From a virus: a stretch of DNA of 64,000 nucleotides. Positions 29,387-39,561 of this stretch are shown piece after piece. Position numbers and translations under genes: made by a program. The notes under the pieces were generated by a model. The model was given only the letters and a program-made list of their open reading frames with translations, was not told where the DNA came from and made no database searches. Numbering within the stretch: position 1 is the stretch's first letter; the number at the start of each line of letters is the position of its first letter. The stretch is taken from positions 1-64,000 of the IMG/VR virus record IMGVR_UViG_3300037486_000582. One strand, written 5' to 3'.

Positions 29387-29740
29387 TCAGGCCTCCTCGC
29401 CCTTACGCCGCGCGCCGTTCTTGACCTTCGGCTTGGCGGAGGGCTGCTCGGTGGCGCGGACGAGCTCGAGGTCGCCGCGCGCCTTGGCCCGCTTCACGTC
29501 CGGCACAGCCGCGATCTGATCCGGAAGATCTTCGACTCGGCCGCCGGCCGGCAGCGAGATGGACCCGATGAGCGCCTTGTTGGCCTCTCGGATGCCGACC
29601 GCCCCGGTGCGCGGGTTGAGGTCGTGGATTCGGATGACCCGCCGCTGGAACCCGAAGCGTTTCCGCATGAACTCCGGGTGTGCCAGCTGGAGGACCAACC
29701 GACGGCGCGACCTGTTGATTAGGGTCGTTGACATCAGCAA
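29387..29740 (-). CDS. Hypothetical basic protein
   Basis: 117 aa; coupled to both neighbours. Confidence 0.65.
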   Translation of the reverse strand: MLMSTTLINRSRRRLVLQLAHPEFMRKRFGFQRRVIRIHDLNPRTGAVGIREANKALIGSISLPAGGRVEDLPDQIAAVPDVKRAKARGDLELVRATEQPSAKPKVKNGARRKGEEA

Positions 29741-31011
29741 TCACCTCCCGGGCTCGGCCCCTCGTCGTAGGTCTCGCCCAGCTGTTCCACGACTACTGTC
29801 GCCCCAACGACAGCGAGGCCTTCTTGCACATCCTCGACTGTCTGCGTCAGGTCGGCCCCGAGGCTCCCGGCGAACCCGGCCATGTCCTCGATGTCGAACC
29901 CTCGGATGATGACTGTACCGCTGAACGACCTCAAATTCGAGATGTTCGTTCCGGCAGCCGTCGCGAAGTTGCCGTTCGGCGCGAAGTCGAACTCGTACCG
30001 CACGCGTCCGCGCGCCGGATCGGCCGGGTCGCGGTCCAGGTAGATGTAGGGGTTCATGTCCACGAACTGCGTGGACAGCGCCATCAGGTTGAGCAGCTCG
30101 ACGTGGCTGTCGCTGACGCCGGTGACGGCGAAGGTCAGGTCGACCGTGTACGGAGCCGTGTAGAGCAGGACCTCGCCGTCCGGGAGCACGGCTTCCTTGG
30201 TCCCGTTCTCGGAGAAGAAGCGGTTCTCCGCCATGTCCGGTCCGGTGAGCGCGATGCCGGGGAGCGTAGCCAGGTCGGTGACGTTCAGCCCGTCGCCGGT
30301 CTCCGAATCGTACTCGGTGTGGACGCTCAAGACGGTGTTCGGCAACACCTGCCGGCGCCACTCCCGAATGAACTGGCGGACGAGCCTGGTCAGATGAGCT
30401 TCGTCGGCAAGCTGGACCCGCCGGTAGGTGAAGGCGCGCGGAACGGTGACGGACTCGCCGGGGATCGGAACGCCACTGTCGTCCACATTGCGGACGGTCA
30501 GGTCCACCACCCCTTCACCGTGCGCCTTCGACTCGACGACGGCCCCGGCCGACGGCCCCTCTGCTACCAGGACGTCGCCAGCGGCCAGGGTCAACACGGA
30601 CGGCGTGACCAGGGCGACGGTGTACTCGCCGTCGTTGGACGCGGACCGGGCGACCCGGACGAGCTGCCCGGTGCGGAAGCCGTCGCTGCTCCAGCTACCG
30701 ACAGACCGCGTGATGGTCCCGGGCGGCCCGACGACGAAGGTCAGGTTCGGCCCGCCCTGCACGCGGACGACTCCGCCAGAGAGCGGACTCGGCGGAGCGC
30801 CCACGAGCAGCCTGTTGGTCTTCAGCACGCGGACGTTCAGCCCGAGCGTCGTGTCGAACAGCACCTCCACGGTCGGCGCGGCAACTGGCGTGACCCCGGT
30901 CGGGTTCTCCACGACAGACTTCATGCGGAACCCGTCCCCGTAGACCTGGACCAGCATCCGGCCTCCGACTGGAGCCCGAGCAGGAACGACGTTCACGACG
31001 GAAGGGACCAC
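29734..31011 (-). CDS. Tail terminator-like protein with N-terminal IPT/Ig-like domain
   Basis: Position before the sheath gene; IPT-like start PSVVNVVP..GG..V.VYGDGF; LPGIALTG motif. Confidence 0.6.
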   Translation of the reverse strand: MVPSVVNVVPARAPVGGRMLVQVYGDGFRMKSVVENPTGVTPVAAPTVEVLFDTTLGLNVRVLKTNRLLVGAPPSPLSGGVVRVQGGPNLTFVVGPPGTITRSVGSWSSDGFRTGQLVRVARSASNDGEYTVALVTPSVLTLAAGDVLVAEGPSAGAVVESKAHGEGVVDLTVRNVDDSGVPIPGESVTVPRAFTYRRVQLADEAHLTRLVRQFIREWRRQVLPNTVLSVHTEYDSETGDGLNVTDLATLPGIALTGPDMAENRFFSENGTKEAVLPDGEVLLYTAPYTVDLTFAVTGVSDSHVELLNLMALSTQFVDMNPYIYLDRDPADPARGRVRYEFDFAPNGNFATAAGTNISNLRSFSGTVIIRGFDIEDMAGFAGSLGADLTQTVEDVQEGLAVVGATVVVEQLGETYDEGPSPGGDC

Positions 31012-31050
31012 GAGGCGAGTCTACCAGACGAGGCGACCAACGTCCTAGAG

Positions 31051-31788
31051 CTACCCGCCGAGGCTTCCAAGCGGCCCGCCGCCGCCGGACGATGTGATCC
31101 GTGCAAAGGTCGGCATTCCGAAGTCTCTTCCGAGCATGACGGCGACCCGCTGCATAATGGCTGCTCCGGCCTTCTCCCCACCCGGCCCATACAGCGCGTC
31201 GAACGTCGGCTGCATGAACGGCCGGGCAGGGATGACGATGACCAGGATGGCGCCGATGCGGAAGGCGGGTTGCGCCCCGCCGCCACCACTCCGCCGCGCC
31301 GTTGTCCCGCTGAAGCGCCCCTTCGCGTCCCGCGGCGGGCCAGCCACGCGCACCGCCCGAAGGAACGTGCGAAACCAGTGGAACATCGCCTGCGTGATCC
31401 GCATGGTGATGCGGCCGCCCTTCTCGTGCAGCTCGGCAATGTTCGCCAGAGGCTTGCCTCCCTTGCTTCGTGCCGTCCGGTGCACGCCGACGAAGAAGGT
31501 CATGTCGTCGAGCCGGTGTACGGCGATGCTCTGGAACATGGACCCGGTGTCGATGAGCGCCTTCGACGACTTCTTCTTCAGGATCGTGAGCGGGTGCAAC
31601 GGGGTGAACGCCTGCCCGCCCGGCGCCTGCTTGCGGATGCCCTGGACGACCTCGCGGCGGAACGCCTGTGCCTCCTGCGCGACGGCCCGCTGGAACGCCC
31701 GGTGCATGAGCAGCCCGCTCCTGTACTTCCGCGCCAGGACGTGCGCCTTCTCCCAGTCGCCGACGAGCCGGAGCTGAGGAACGCCCAT
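31051..31788 (-). CDS. Neck / virion morphogenesis protein
   Basis: KALIDTGSM, IAELHEKG and IPARPF motifs. Confidence 0.75.
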   Translation of the reverse strand: MGVPQLRLVGDWEKAHVLARKYRSGLLMHRAFQRAVAQEAQAFRREVVQGIRKQAPGGQAFTPLHPLTILKKKSSKALIDTGSMFQSIAVHRLDDMTFFVGVHRTARSKGGKPLANIAELHEKGGRITMRITQAMFHWFRTFLRAVRVAGPPRDAKGRFSGTTARRSGGGGAQPAFRIGAILVIVIPARPFMQPTFDALYGPGGEKAGAAIMQRVAVMLGRDFGMPTFARITSSGGGGPLGSLGG

Positions 31789-32309
31789 CAGGCCACCGCC
31801 CGCGCTCGAGTTTCGAAGACCATGAGGAACAGGTTCCGTTGGGAGCCGACCCAGAACGAGCGTGGCTGAGCTTGGATGCAGTGCAGGCCGGGCGGGTTCG
31901 GCACCGTCTGGATGAGCGCCCCGCTCCTCCTTCGAATGGCGGCCAGGCGATCGTTGACCCGGAGCAGCGGCAACCCGTTGGGGTCCAGCAGGGCGAGCGT
32001 CTCCAGCTCCTTGAAGTGGAGGACGCAGCGCACCTGGCCGGTCGGGCTGCGCCCCGTGCCGAGCATGGACAGCACCTCCCAGGACTCGTCCTCGATCTGA
32101 GCATGAAGCTGAACAACGCTCTCGACGCGGCGAACGGAGCCCCGCGTGCTCGTGTCGGTGGCCGGCGGGACGATGACCGGCTCGTTGAAGTCGTCGTCGT
32201 ACCCGAGCCCCGCGGGGCCGGAGCCGGCGGGGTCCTCCGCCGTGGCGTCCGTATCCAGTCGTGCGATGTCGACCAGGAACGGGTATATCAAGCGGCCACG
32301 GGTCATCAT
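31788..32309 (-). CDS. Head closure / stopper-like protein
   Basis: Start moved to ATG 32309 (SD GGAGG); YDDDFNEP motif; position in the neck module. Confidence 0.6.
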   Translation of the reverse strand: MMTRGRLIYPFLVDIARLDTDATAEDPAGSGPAGLGYDDDFNEPVIVPPATDTSTRGSVRRVESVVQLHAQIEDESWEVLSMLGTGRSPTGQVRCVLHFKELETLALLDPNGLPLLRVNDRLAAIRRRSGALIQTVPNPPGLHCIQAQPRSFWVGSQRNLFLMVFETRARAVA

Positions 32310-32463
32310 TCCTCCCAGCGTGGAGACCAGCCCGGGTGGCTGCGCCGTGCCATGGGACGGCAGTTCACGCTTCCTCGACGACACCCCGGGCAACGTCAGA
32401 GGAGCCCGCCGTGGGCGCCAGCGGGCAACACACCCGGGCCGGCCGCCACGCCCATCCAGGGTA

Positions 32464-33453
32464 TCACACGGAGCGCATCATCGGCTGGCGCCTGTAGCGG
32501 AGGAGGATGGTGTCGATCTCCGGGTCGCCAGTGAAGATGCCGACGCTGGCGCGCCCGGTCGAGGACTTCCCCGGCGCTCCCCACGAGACGGACTGGTCCC
32601 TGGTCTTGTGGGATGTGACCCGCCAGGCGTTCTTGAGGTCTTCGCGCTCGTCCGACTGGCTCATTGGCGGGAGGTTTCGCACGCAGAGCAACTTGCACGC
32701 GTGCCGGATGAGGTCGGGCGTCTTTCCGTTCGACGTCCCGTCGTAGTCCGTGTACCCGAACGTCCCGACGATCCGCACGTTCTTCTGTCCCGGGGTCCAG
32801 ACCTTGAGCCCCGCCTTGAGCAGCACGTCGTCGTCCCGCGGCTGGGCGAGCTCGATCTTCGGGTTGTCGCGGTCGTCCGGACACAGGAGCCGCTGGGTGA
32901 CGTGACGGTTGTAGACCATCACGTCGTTGGCCACTTCCAGCGCCTCGTCGTCGAGCCAGACCTCGCTGACGGCGATGACCGGAAACTCGAGCATCATGGT
33001 CGGCTGGCCGCTTCCGTCCAGCGTGACGTCGAGCGGCCGCGGTTCAAACCAGCGCCCCGTGTACTCCTCGATGTACGTGCTGGCGAGGCGCATCACAGAG
33101 GTCAGGCGGACGTCCGAGTAGGGTGGGTCGGTGAAGCCCTCGTCGCGAAGGTCCTGCACGGTGCAGTACAGCCCGTCCATCCCTTCGCCCTGGATTGGCG
33201 GGCTCGCGGTTCCTTCCGAGCTGGTCGAGCTGTTCCAGTACGCGAAGCGGTACCAATACGAAGGGTCGCCGACCAGGTCGATGTACTCGTACAGGGTCGT
33301 CGGTGAGACGAGGTTGATGCGTGTCAGCGGAACCGTGAGCTCGGTGTACGGGCCGCCCTGCCCGGCCGTGGAGCGATAGACCTTGATTTGGTTGAAGGCG
33401 AGCAACACGTTCGACAGCTCGTTCACGACGATCCGCAGCTTGATCGCGGCCAT
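32464..33453 (-). CDS. Head-tail connector (adaptor) with N-terminal extension
   Basis: YCTVQDLR, ASTYIEEYTGRWF, GTFGY, PDLIRHAC and ILLRYRR motifs. Confidence 0.75.
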   Translation of the reverse strand: MAAIKLRIVVNELSNVLLAFNQIKVYRSTAGQGGPYTELTVPLTRINLVSPTTLYEYIDLVGDPSYWYRFAYWNSSTSSEGTASPPIQGEGMDGLYCTVQDLRDEGFTDPPYSDVRLTSVMRLASTYIEEYTGRWFEPRPLDVTLDGSGQPTMMLEFPVIAVSEVWLDDEALEVANDVMVYNRHVTQRLLCPDDRDNPKIELAQPRDDDVLLKAGLKVWTPGQKNVRIVGTFGYTDYDGTSNGKTPDLIRHACKLLCVRNLPPMSQSDEREDLKNAWRVTSHKTRDQSVSWGAPGKSSTGRASVGIFTGDPEIDTILLRYRRQPMMRSV

Positions 33454-33456
33454 GGC

Positions 33457-33903
33457 TCACACCTCCTTCGCGGACAGCGGGGTCGGCACCAGGTCTACCA
33501 CGTCGGCCCCGGCCGGAGCGAGGTCGAGCGAACTCCATCCTGTCGGCGTCGCCGTAGCTGCTCCGCCGGTGACGACCGTCCCGCAGCCGATTGGGTGCAG
33601 GTCGTTAGCGGCCGCCGGGATAGGCACCAGGTTCAGCGTCTGGTAGAGCAGCGGCGGCTCCGGGTACGGCGACGGCGTCTGCCCGCGCTCCTGGTAGTAG
33701 GCATGAAGCGTGTCGCCAGTGCGAAGTCCCTCGTGAAGCCGGAAGGCGTTGCCGCCAAGCTCGATGAGCCCTTCTGTTCCCGCCCGTTGCGTGAGGAGCC
33801 CGTTGATGTACAGGTACAGCGTCCCCGCGAAGTAGGCGCTCGGGGTGGTGTAGTCGGTCGCCCCGGGGACGACAGCGATCTCTGCAAGGACCGGGTCGCT
33901 CAT
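33457..33903 (-). CDS. Hypothetical virion protein (paralog of the 33900..34133 ORF)
   Basis: Shares AY..GTL..(Y/W).NGLL...R.GDT.HA with the adjacent ORF. Confidence 0.65.
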   Translation of the reverse strand: MSDPVLAEIAVVPGATDYTTPSAYFAGTLYLYINGLLTQRAGTEGLIELGGNAFRLHEGLRTGDTLHAYYQERGQTPSPYPEPPLLYQTLNLVPIPAAANDLHPIGCGTVVTGGAATATPTGWSSLDLAPAGADVVDLVPTPLSAKEV

Positions 33904-34133
33904 GCCTCGATAAACCTGGCATGTATCGTATCACCCGAGCGCGGTGCTTCACGAGTGCGGAAGGACGACGGCCCCGTCTCGTCCCAGCCATCGTCATCGC
34001 CGGCGCGAGCGAGAAGCCCGTTCAGCCACACGCGCAACGTCCCCGTCGCGTACGCCAGGGTCGTCGTGAAGTCGCGGAGCGCCCCATCTGGGACCTCGGG
34101 CGGTTCTTCGACGTGCTCGTCGCCAATGGCCAT
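33900..34133 (-). CDS. Hypothetical virion protein
   Basis: 77 aa; ATGA overlap; same motif as the 33457..33903 ORF. Confidence 0.65.
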   Translation of the reverse strand: MAIGDEHVEEPPEVPDGALRDFTTTLAYATGTLRVWLNGLLARAGDDDGWDETGPSSFRTREAPRSGDTIHARFIEA

Positions 34134-34349
34134 CTAGCCGCCGTTGTCAGGGAGGCTCGGCGGCGGTGCTTCCGACGCCCTGCGCTCGACGTTGTGGAGC
34201 CGAAGCCCGAACTCCCGCACCATCTCCACGGTCACGTCGAGAGAACGCCGCATCACGGCCAGCTGGCGCCCAACTTCTTCCCGCATTTCCCGTACCTCTT
34301 CCAGTATGACCGGAAGGAGGTCGGGGGCCGTCTGCCCGCAGTCGCTCAC
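34134..34349 (-). CDS. Small coiled-coil hypothetical protein
   Basis: 71 aa; GTGA overlap. Confidence 0.55.
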   Translation of the reverse strand: MSDCGQTAPDLLPVILEEVREMREEVGRQLAVMRRSLDVTVEMVREFGLRLHNVERRASEAPPPSLPDNGG

Positions 34350-35236
34350 AGCTTGGCCGCGAACACCGCCGCCACGGCGTCAGCGATGGGCTGCCAGTAG
34401 CTCGAGCGGGCTCCGCTGGGCTGCTCGATCTGCACGCCGCCGCCGGTTGCGGCGAGCCAGTTCACGAGGTTCGCCGGGTCCGTGCCGCCGTAGGGGCCGC
34501 TCGTCACGACCTCGACTTCGTAGTCGGCGCCGACGACGGAATGGATCGCGGCGGCGACCTCGGACTTGAGCGCCAGCGTGGCTGCTCCGCCGACCGCGAT
34601 GGTGTCCTCGCCGTAGCCGTGGAAGCTGACGGCGTAGGCGAAGCCGCGGTCCTTGATCTGGTTCAGGCAGGGGAAGCTCGCCGGATGGACATCGGTCGAG
34701 GTGATGTGCCAGGCCAGGCTCGCCCCGCCGCCGCTGCGCCAGCCCTTGCACCGCCAGGCCGAACACGGCTTCGCCGCCGCCTGCATTTGGGTCAGCACAC
34801 GCTCGGCCTGGTCGTCGGTGTAGTTCTCGATCATGCCACCGTGTGGGGCACAGGCGACGAGGCCGGTGTGACCCGCGCTCGTCTCGGAGAGCCGCTCCAC
34901 GAACTCGCCCTGGTTCTCCGCCTCGGCATCGGTGAGGTCGGAGCGGAGACAGGACGAGTCGCACGAACCGCTGTTGAACGTGCCGCCCGCGTCGGACAGT
35001 CGCTTGCGCGCGTCGAGGCACATCCGGACACGCCGATCCGGGCTCTCCTGTCGCAGCTCGGCGACCGTGTAGAGCGCCTTCAATCCGGTCGTCGGGTGGA
35101 CGATCCTGACCTGATGGCCCAGGCCACGCCCGATTGCCGCGAGCTTCTCGGGGTCCGCCGAGCAGTGCTCGGGCAGGCCCATGAGCTGCGCCTGCGATGA
35201 GTACGCGGTCAGCACGTCACACAAGAACGTTCCCAT
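34346..35236 (-). CDS. Poly-gamma-glutamate hydrolase family protein (PghP/DUF867-like)
   Basis: APHGGMIE, HITST, SFHG and GVQIEQ motifs in the expected order. Confidence 0.8.
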   Translation of the reverse strand: MGTFLCDVLTAYSSQAQLMGLPEHCSADPEKLAAIGRGLGHQVRIVHPTTGLKALYTVAELRQESPDRRVRMCLDARKRLSDAGGTFNSGSCDSSCLRSDLTDAEAENQGEFVERLSETSAGHTGLVACAPHGGMIENYTDDQAERVLTQMQAAAKPCSAWRCKGWRSGGGASLAWHITSTDVHPASFPCLNQIKDRGFAYAVSFHGYGEDTIAVGGAATLALKSEVAAAIHSVVGADYEVEVVTSGPYGGTDPANLVNWLAATGGGVQIEQPSGARSSYWQPIADAVAAVFAAKL

Positions 35237-35245
35237 CGAAACCTC

Positions 35246-36688
35246 CTACTGGCCCGGTTGGCCGGCCAGCCGCCTCCCGGAATACCTCAGCTCGACGAGG
35301 TGAACATGCACGACCAGCGTGCAGGTGTCCTCGGCATGGTCCCCGTCCCGGCGCAGCCACAGCACGAGCATGTCCTTCGCCTTGTTGAACTGCGCCGAGG
35401 GGATCGTGAAGTCAACGGAGAACAGCGTGTCGTTGCCCTTGTCGTTCTCGTTCTGCGTGAACTCGCTCGAGTACGGGTAGCTCGCGGGGAGCACGTCTCC
35501 CGCGCCGACGCACTGCCAGTCGAGGCGCCAGCGGACTCCGGTGTTGCCCGCCGTGCCCGCGAGCGAGCACAGGGCGCACAGCGTCAGGTCTCCGCTGACG
35601 TAGTTCTGCGGTGGGCGACAGGTCCACCGGATGCGACTCTCACCGGCCGCCGCGAAGGTCACGGACGGGACGTCGTTGTTGGAGCTGGTCGCCGCCGACC
35701 CGCCGCGGATGCCGGTGTCCACCGGGAACCCTACCCTGCACGTCCCGACGGCGATGGCCTCGGCCTCCGCGAGCCACAGCGCCCCGTCGTGATCGACCCG
35801 AAGCCGCTCGACGAGGCCACTCCCGCCTGAGCGGAGCATGACCTTCGCTGCCGACTGGCGAACGTCCGTGTCCGGGTCCGACCACAGGACGTGGAGCGCA
35901 CCTGCATCGCGGAGCACGTCGGCGTCGTCCGTGAGCCGCACGAAGAGGCCGGAGCCGAACCCGGCCAGCACCAGTTCGCTCGACCTCCTGGTGATCGAGA
36001 TGAGCGACGAGACGGTGGAGTCGTCGGAGGTGAGCTCTCGCACGTCGAGCTTCTTCACCGACGAGGCCACGACGTCGCCGCCCAGCACGAGCGCGCCCGA
36101 CCGGTCCTCTGAAGGGAGCCCGCCCGATGCTGCGAGCCCCTTGTCGTTGCAGGCGAGCGAGGTCGTTCGCCTGATGCAGCCCACGGACCCTGGAGTCCCT
36201 CCCGACGTTGTGCGGTAAACGCCGTACTTCACCGCTCCCTCGACTGGTTCCCAGGTGACGCGGTTGTAGTTCGTCCCGTTCAGCGTCGCTGCCCCGGTCG
36301 AGATCAGAACCTCAACGCACTCCGGCGTTTCGCCCGTTGGCGAGTACGCCGTAACGGAGTAGCCCCAGGCGGTCGAGCCGGGCGTGCCCTGCGGCGCGAC
36401 CTGTAGCCCGCCGGGTTTCTGGAGCGCGTTGAGCGTGAGCCCGCCCTCCATCACCGGGTCGAGCGGCGTCGCCTCGTGCGCTGCCACGATGCCGTCGAGC
36501 AGCGTCTCGTCTCCACCGGAAAGCGCCGCGTCGAACCAGATGAGACAGACGTCGCCGTCCGTATCCGTCCTGAGGTACTCGGCTGACGAGATCGCTGAGT
36601 CGACGATCTCCTCCGAGAGATGGCTCTCCGAGACGCAGCCTTCCGGGAAGTCGTTGGCGAGGCTGTACTGGTAGCTCGTCTCGGCCAT
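35246..36688 (-). CDS. Hypothetical virion (fibre/decoration-like) protein
   Basis: Start moved to ATG 36688 (TGATG overlap); Fn3-like W.PV.GA.KY.VYR motif. Confidence 0.6.
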   Translation of the reverse strand: MAETSYQYSLANDFPEGCVSESHLSEEIVDSAISSAEYLRTDTDGDVCLIWFDAALSGGDETLLDGIVAAHEATPLDPVMEGGLTLNALQKPGGLQVAPQGTPGSTAWGYSVTAYSPTGETPECVEVLISTGAATLNGTNYNRVTWEPVEGAVKYGVYRTTSGGTPGSVGCIRRTTSLACNDKGLAASGGLPSEDRSGALVLGGDVVASSVKKLDVRELTSDDSTVSSLISITRRSSELVLAGFGSGLFVRLTDDADVLRDAGALHVLWSDPDTDVRQSAAKVMLRSGGSGLVERLRVDHDGALWLAEAEAIAVGTCRVGFPVDTGIRGGSAATSSNNDVPSVTFAAAGESRIRWTCRPPQNYVSGDLTLCALCSLAGTAGNTGVRWRLDWQCVGAGDVLPASYPYSSEFTQNENDKGNDTLFSVDFTIPSAQFNKAKDMLVLWLRRDGDHAEDTCTLVVHVHLVELRYSGRRLAGQPGQ

Positions 36689-37242
36689 CAGGACACCCTC
36701 CACAGGGTCGCTCGGGCGTTCTCCATCGCGACCGAGCCGTTACCGTCCACCTTGCGGACGTCGAAGTCGATGTTCTGCGCTCCGCTGATGCTGCCGAGGT
36801 GGAAGGCGCCTCCCATGAGCGCGCGAGCGTTCGCGACTCCGGGCTTTATCCGACCCTTGGCGAGCGTCACGGAGTCGTTCTGCTGTATCTGTGCTTCGAC
36901 CTGAGCGCCTGCAGACGAACCGTCAGTCCCGATCTCAGCGAAGGCCAAGAGCAGGTAAACGCCCGTGGGCAACGCAGTCGTCGTGAACCGCCACCGCTGC
37001 TGAAACGACGTGGCCGATGTCGTGTAGATTCCGAGGCTCGACGCCTGCCGGTACTCCGTGCCGAAGACAGCACCGGAGCCGCCGTCCCGTGGGTTGAAGA
37101 CGCCCGCGTCGTCCCGCATTCTGAAGGCGCTGCCGACACGCCGGATCTCTCCGATTTCGGTAGGATCGCTACCGCCGTCCCCGAGAAGGATGCCTTCCTC
37201 CTCGATCAGCTCTCCGGGGTGTGCGTCAGGAGTCCTTGGCAC
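36688..37242 (-). CDS. Hypothetical virion protein
   Basis: 184 aa with a beta-sandwich-like C-terminus. Confidence 0.6.
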   Translation of the reverse strand: MPRTPDAHPGELIEEEGILLGDGGSDPTEIGEIRRVGSAFRMRDDAGVFNPRDGGSGAVFGTEYRQASSLGIYTTSATSFQQRWRFTTTALPTGVYLLLAFAEIGTDGSSAGAQVEAQIQQNDSVTLAKGRIKPGVANARALMGGAFHLGSISGAQNIDFDVRKVDGNGSVAMENARATLWRVS

Positions 37243-37798
37243 GAGCCGTCTTCTTGCCGGAGCGGCTGGGCTTCCGCGGAGGCTTCGTCTTCGGCGCCTC
37301 GGCGGGCGTCGCCTCCGCCTGGCGCTGCGCTTTCAGTGTCAGCCCCGGGTGGACGCCCGGCGGGCGCGGTCCACCATGTTCCAGCGGAGCAGCCTCCTCA
37401 CGCCGCGCAGCATCGGCCTTGCCCTGTTCGCGCACGCGCATGTCCACGACCTGTCGAAGCGCCTTCCGCATTCCCTCGACCTCGCCCTCGGCGCGCAGCA
37501 CCGACTGCGCCGCGTTCTCGCCGATGTCGTGGACCTTCCGAGCCGCCGCCATGAGTCGGTCCACGGCGTATTTGCCGGCGGCCACGGGGTCTTCTGGGTC
37601 GAGCGTGACCTTGCCCTCCTTCCATTCGGCGACGACCGCTTGGACGATGGTCTGAATCTCCCGTTGCGTGGCGGCGACGATGGTCGCTGCTCCGCGTGCG
37701 GCATGGATGCGCGCCTCCGCTTCGCGGAGCGCTTCTCTCAGCCCGTTGCCGATCTCGTCGGCGACGAGCACTTTCAGCTCGGCCTTCTCGGTGCTCAT
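37226..37798 (-). CDS. Hypothetical coiled-coil protein
   Basis: 190 aa with a basic tail. Confidence 0.6.
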   Translation of the reverse strand: MSTEKAELKVLVADEIGNGLREALREAEARIHAARGAATIVAATQREIQTIVQAVVAEWKEGKVTLDPEDPVAAGKYAVDRLMAAARKVHDIGENAAQSVLRAEGEVEGMRKALRQVVDMRVREQGKADAARREEAAPLEHGGPRPPGVHPGLTLKAQRQAEATPAEAPKTKPPRKPSRSGKKTARAKDS

Positions 37799-37821
37799 GC
37801 TCTTCCCCTTCTCAGGTCAGC

Positions 37822-39423
37822 TTAGGGAGTCGGCTGGCCCCAAACGACCATGTTGATGTTGTCCGGGTTGTTTCCGCCGCGGAAGCGCAAGACGAACTCC
37901 GCATAGAAGTTGCCGAGCGCCTGCTCTGCGGCGACCGCCGACGGGTACACGTCGTTGTTCGACAGCGCGGTCGCGCCCGGCCGCTGCTTGGTGCCGTTGA
38001 TGAAGATCTCCACGTCCGTGATGAAGCTCAGTCCCTTGTAGCTCGGAAGCACCGCCGAAATGTTCGCCACCGCGTCGCCCTTGATGAGCGTGTCGGCTGG
38101 AATGTCCGCGACGATGACGTTCGCCCAGGCCGTCGCCCGCTCGGTGCTCTGCTTGGCCTGGACGATGGCGTTGAGCAGCGAGACCTCGCCGCCGAACTCG
38201 GCTTCGAAGTTCGTCCACTCGGCCGCGGAGTCGGCCAGGTGGATGCCTTCGATCAGCGACCACCCGACGGGCTTGTAGCCGTCGTCGAAGGACAGGACGG
38301 TGGCGGCTTCCAGCTCCAGGGCACCGGCCGTCGACTCGATAATGCCGTCCTGCACGCCGACGTCGATGGGGCGCGTCCCGCCCGTGTTGGCCGAGATGCC
38401 GTTGTCGAAGTCGTTGAGGATGGCGTCCACGCGGAACAGGTCGACGTCAGCCTCGAACGCAACCGACGTGGTCCCCGCGCCCGAGCCCTCGGTGATGCGG
38501 AACAACGGTTGCTCGGCGTCGTCGCGGATCTCCCAGTACTTGCCCGCCGACTCGATGTCCAGCGTGGCGTTCGTGACAAGGTCGACCGGCGTCGTCCCCT
38601 GGTTGCTGTAGGAGGTCTGGCGCGTGGCCGTGCCCGCCCCGGCGTCCACGAAGTCGTCGCCCAGCCACGCCTCCTCGGGAATGTCCTTGAACGCGTACCG
38701 CTCGACGGGCGCGTAGTCGATGGACAGGCCGTCCATCGTTCCGGCCGCGGCGAGGACGAGGTCGTCGTAGGTGGCGTTCCGCACGACGAACGAGAGCTGC
38801 GCCCGCTGAGTCGTGAGGTTGATCGTGTGGCCGTCGGTGGCGATCTCCGTCTGGATCAGCCCGTACACCTCTCGCCCGGTTGAGTCCTCGATGGGTTCGC
38901 CGGTGGCGGTGTCGACGATGAGGCACAGGTTCATCGGTTGGATGTTGCTGGCTCCGCCGACCTCGGCCAGCGACGGGGCATCGAACGCTCCGGCGACGGA
39001 CGCGACGATGGTACCGCGGGTCGCGACGACACCCACCGCAGCGGTCGTGTTGCCGGGTAGCTCTCCGGTCGCGTTGAGGATGGCGTGCTGAGCGTTGACC
39101 GCGATGGGTCCGACGTTCGCGCCAACGACGGCACGTCGGCGGGCGATGCGCTTGCGCTCGATGTCGTACAGGCTCACGTTCAGGTTCTGCACACCTCGCG
39201 CAGCCGCACCCTCGCCGGGAAACGCAGTCGGAGCCGTGAGCGCCCGCCACCAGTCGGACGACCGAACGTCCCGCAGCTCGTGAAGGTACGACCTGATGTT
39301 GGTCAGGTCGGTCTGTCCGTCCAGCGGGCTCGTTTCGAACGCCGCTTCAGTCGGCGCGATCGAATCGACGTAGCTCTCGCTGTTCCAGAGTTGCGTGTCC
39401 TGCCGTGTCTTCGTCCTCGACAT
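37822..39423 (-). CDS. Hypothetical virion protein
   Basis: 533 aa, acidic and beta-rich; SD GAAGGAG. Confidence 0.65.
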   Translation of the reverse strand: MSRTKTRQDTQLWNSESYVDSIAPTEAAFETSPLDGQTDLTNIRSYLHELRDVRSSDWWRALTAPTAFPGEGAAARGVQNLNVSLYDIERKRIARRRAVVGANVGPIAVNAQHAILNATGELPGNTTAAVGVVATRGTIVASVAGAFDAPSLAEVGGASNIQPMNLCLIVDTATGEPIEDSTGREVYGLIQTEIATDGHTINLTTQRAQLSFVVRNATYDDLVLAAAGTMDGLSIDYAPVERYAFKDIPEEAWLGDDFVDAGAGTATRQTSYSNQGTTPVDLVTNATLDIESAGKYWEIRDDAEQPLFRITEGSGAGTTSVAFEADVDLFRVDAILNDFDNGISANTGGTRPIDVGVQDGIIESTAGALELEAATVLSFDDGYKPVGWSLIEGIHLADSAAEWTNFEAEFGGEVSLLNAIVQAKQSTERATAWANVIVADIPADTLIKGDAVANISAVLPSYKGLSFITDVEIFINGTKQRPGATALSNNDVYPSAVAAEQALGNFYAEFVLRFRGGNNPDNINMVVWGQPTP

Positions 39424-39561
39424 CTGGGCTAGCTCCTTCCTGCTTCCTGCACGCCTTCCCCTGGCTTCGTTGAAGCCAGTCTAGCACTCGGGCTGAGCCG
39501 GTGTCATGTGCGATGAAACACAGGGCGAACGGATTGTGGAAGGCGCGCGGGGACGAGGCGG

